Origin: Minisyncoccota bacterium
GTDB lineage: Bacteria; Patescibacteriota; Minisyncoccia; Phycocordibacterales; UBA1006
Assembly: GCA_028697455.1 (NCBI GenBank)
Contig: JAQVEZ010000002.1
Span: 89,921 to 153,920, forward strand
DNA length: 64,000 bases
Direction: 5' to 3'
Part shown: positions 62,919 to 64,000 of the stretch, in pieces
How positions within the stretch are numbered: position 1 is the stretch's first letter
How the letters are laid out: every line of letters begins with the position of its first letter
Program-made: the position numbers and the translations under genes
The notes under the pieces: model-generated
What the model was told of the DNA's origin: nothing
Seen by the model: only the letters and a program-made list of their open reading frames with translations
Databases searched by the model: none

Positions 62919-64000
62919 TTATGAGCTCAGAATATCGTTGCCATATTCTTCGTTGCGGTTCTTTGTTTCTTCTTCGCTATACACCTCACGAGCTTTCGAG
63001 CCATCAGCGGGACTAATAATTCTCCGTTCCTCAAGGATATCCATGATACGAGCTGCGCGACTATATCCAATGGCAAGCTTCCTTTGAAGATATGAAGTCG
63101 AAGCCTTGTCGGCTTCTCGTACCGCTGCGATAGCGTCTTCGAGGAGAGGATCTTCTGATTCATCATCAGAGAGAAGAATACCTCCCGTTCCATCGTTTAT
63201 TTGTTCATCAGGAAGGCTAATCGTATCGTCAAGATCATAACGGTGATTTTTTTGGAGATACGCGACGACTTTCTTGACCTCTTCTTCTGATACGAAAGGA
63301 CACTGAATTCGAATGGGTTCATTCGCACCCTCTCCTTTATAAAGCATATCTCCATAACCAAGGAGCTTCTCCGCTCCTGCAGAATCCAAAATCGTTCGTG
63401 AGTCTATTTGTGACGTTACCTTCATGGCAAGTCGTGTTGGAACGTTTGCCTTGATAATTCCAGTAATAACGTTGACCGATGGACGCTGCGTTGCAAGGAG
63501 AAGGTGAATTCCCACCGCTCGTGACATCTGTGCCAATCGTACGATTGAGGCTTCAAGTTCTCGTGGATAGCTACTCATAATATCCGAGAGCTCATCAATA
63601 ATCACCACAATAAACGGCATTTTCTCTGGAAGCTCTTCTTGCATACTTTCGATTTCTTCTTCATCGAGATCTTTATACGCAGGTTGCACAATTGATTTGT
63701 GATAGGACTGGATATCTCGTACCGAATATTGTTGAAGCATTTCCAGTCGCCGCTCCATTTCTCGTACTGCCCATTTGAGCGCCAGCACGGCTTTCTTGGG
63801 GTCGGTAATCACAGGGGTCAAGAGATGCGGAATCTTTTTATAGAGTGTCATCTCAACACGTTTCGGATCCACCATAATGAATCTGAGCATATCAGGCCCA
63901 TTACGATAAAGAAGAGAAAGGATAATGTTGTGAATCGTTACCGATTTTCCTGCCCCGGTTGCTCCCGCAATCAAGGCGTGAGGCATCTTGGAAATGTTCA
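62919..64000 (-). CDS. ftsK: DNA translocase FtsK/SpoIIIE, C-terminal part (the gene continues past the window end)
   Basis: Motor-domain motifs MPHALIAGATGAGKS and LLLATQRPSVNVITG. The gamma winged-helix domain contains SYLQRKLAIGYSRAARIMDILEERRII. The reading frame is open to position 64000. Confidence 0.9.
   Translation of the reverse strand, partial: NISKMPHALIAGATGAGKSVTIHNIILSLLYRNGPDMLRFIMVDPKRVEMTLYKKIPHLLTPVITDPKKAVLALKWAVREMERRLEMLQQYSVRDIQSYHKSIVQPAYKDLDEEEIESMQEELPEKMPFIVVIIDELSDIMSSYPRELEASIVRLAQMSRAVGIHLLLATQRPSVNVITGIIKANVPTRLAMKVTSQIDSRTILDSAGAEKLLGYGDMLYKGEGANEPIRIQCPFVSEEEVKKVVAYLQKNHRYDLDDTISLPDEQINDGTGGILLSDDESEDPLLEDAIAAVREADKASTSYLQRKLAIGYSRAARIMDILEERRIISPADGSKAREVYSEEETKNRNEEYGNDILSS

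Noticed and set aside
1-64000. CRISPR arrays, transposases, integrases, restriction-modification or toxin-antitoxin pairs
   Set aside because: No direct-repeat/spacer array, DDE or tyrosine-recombinase signatures, methyltransferase motifs, or small paired ORFs of TA type were seen in any frame.

Overview
This is a low-GC (about 35-38% by eye) bacterial chromosomal segment that spans the replication origin: yidC-rnpA-rpmH on the minus strand, then dnaA and dnaN on the plus strand, with perfect DnaA boxes in the flanking intergenic DNA. Most of the window is compactly packed core genes: replication and repair (ruvC, ruvA, ruvB, recA, recJ, polA, holA-like, ssb, rnhA, ftsK), translation (rplS, rplK, rpsF, rpsR, rpsL, rpsG, rpmB, tyrS, metG, efp, tRNA-Lys, tRNA-His) and the cell envelope (class A PBP, YidC, SecE, DsbA-like, M23-like, M50). 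Small proteins, Lys/Glu-rich terminal extensions on RecA, PBP1A, L19 and S6, and an rplK gene not followed by rplA are consistent with a CPR/Parcubacteria-like genome; that placement is inference. The accessory content lies in three places. Positions 10.5-24.2 kb hold a PilB-type ATPase, a GC-elevated island of three secreted or lipoprotein genes, an 879-aa Cys-rich surface protein, and three secreted paralogs that share a conserved C-terminal module of about 55 aa that I do not recognise. A VirB4-family ATPase sits at the left edge, and a split comEC locus with cmk inserted between its halves lies at 53-56 kb. The most striking sequence-level observations are a G11 homopolymer in the promoter spacer of one secreted paralog (a phase-variation candidate), tandem tRNA-Lys-derived degenerate repeats, and a leaderless-type promoter architecture shared by many genes. 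Perfect TTATCCACA boxes also sit in front of several non-replication genes, and there are candidate small RNAs and 5' UTR hairpins. No CRISPR array, transposase or integrase was seen.
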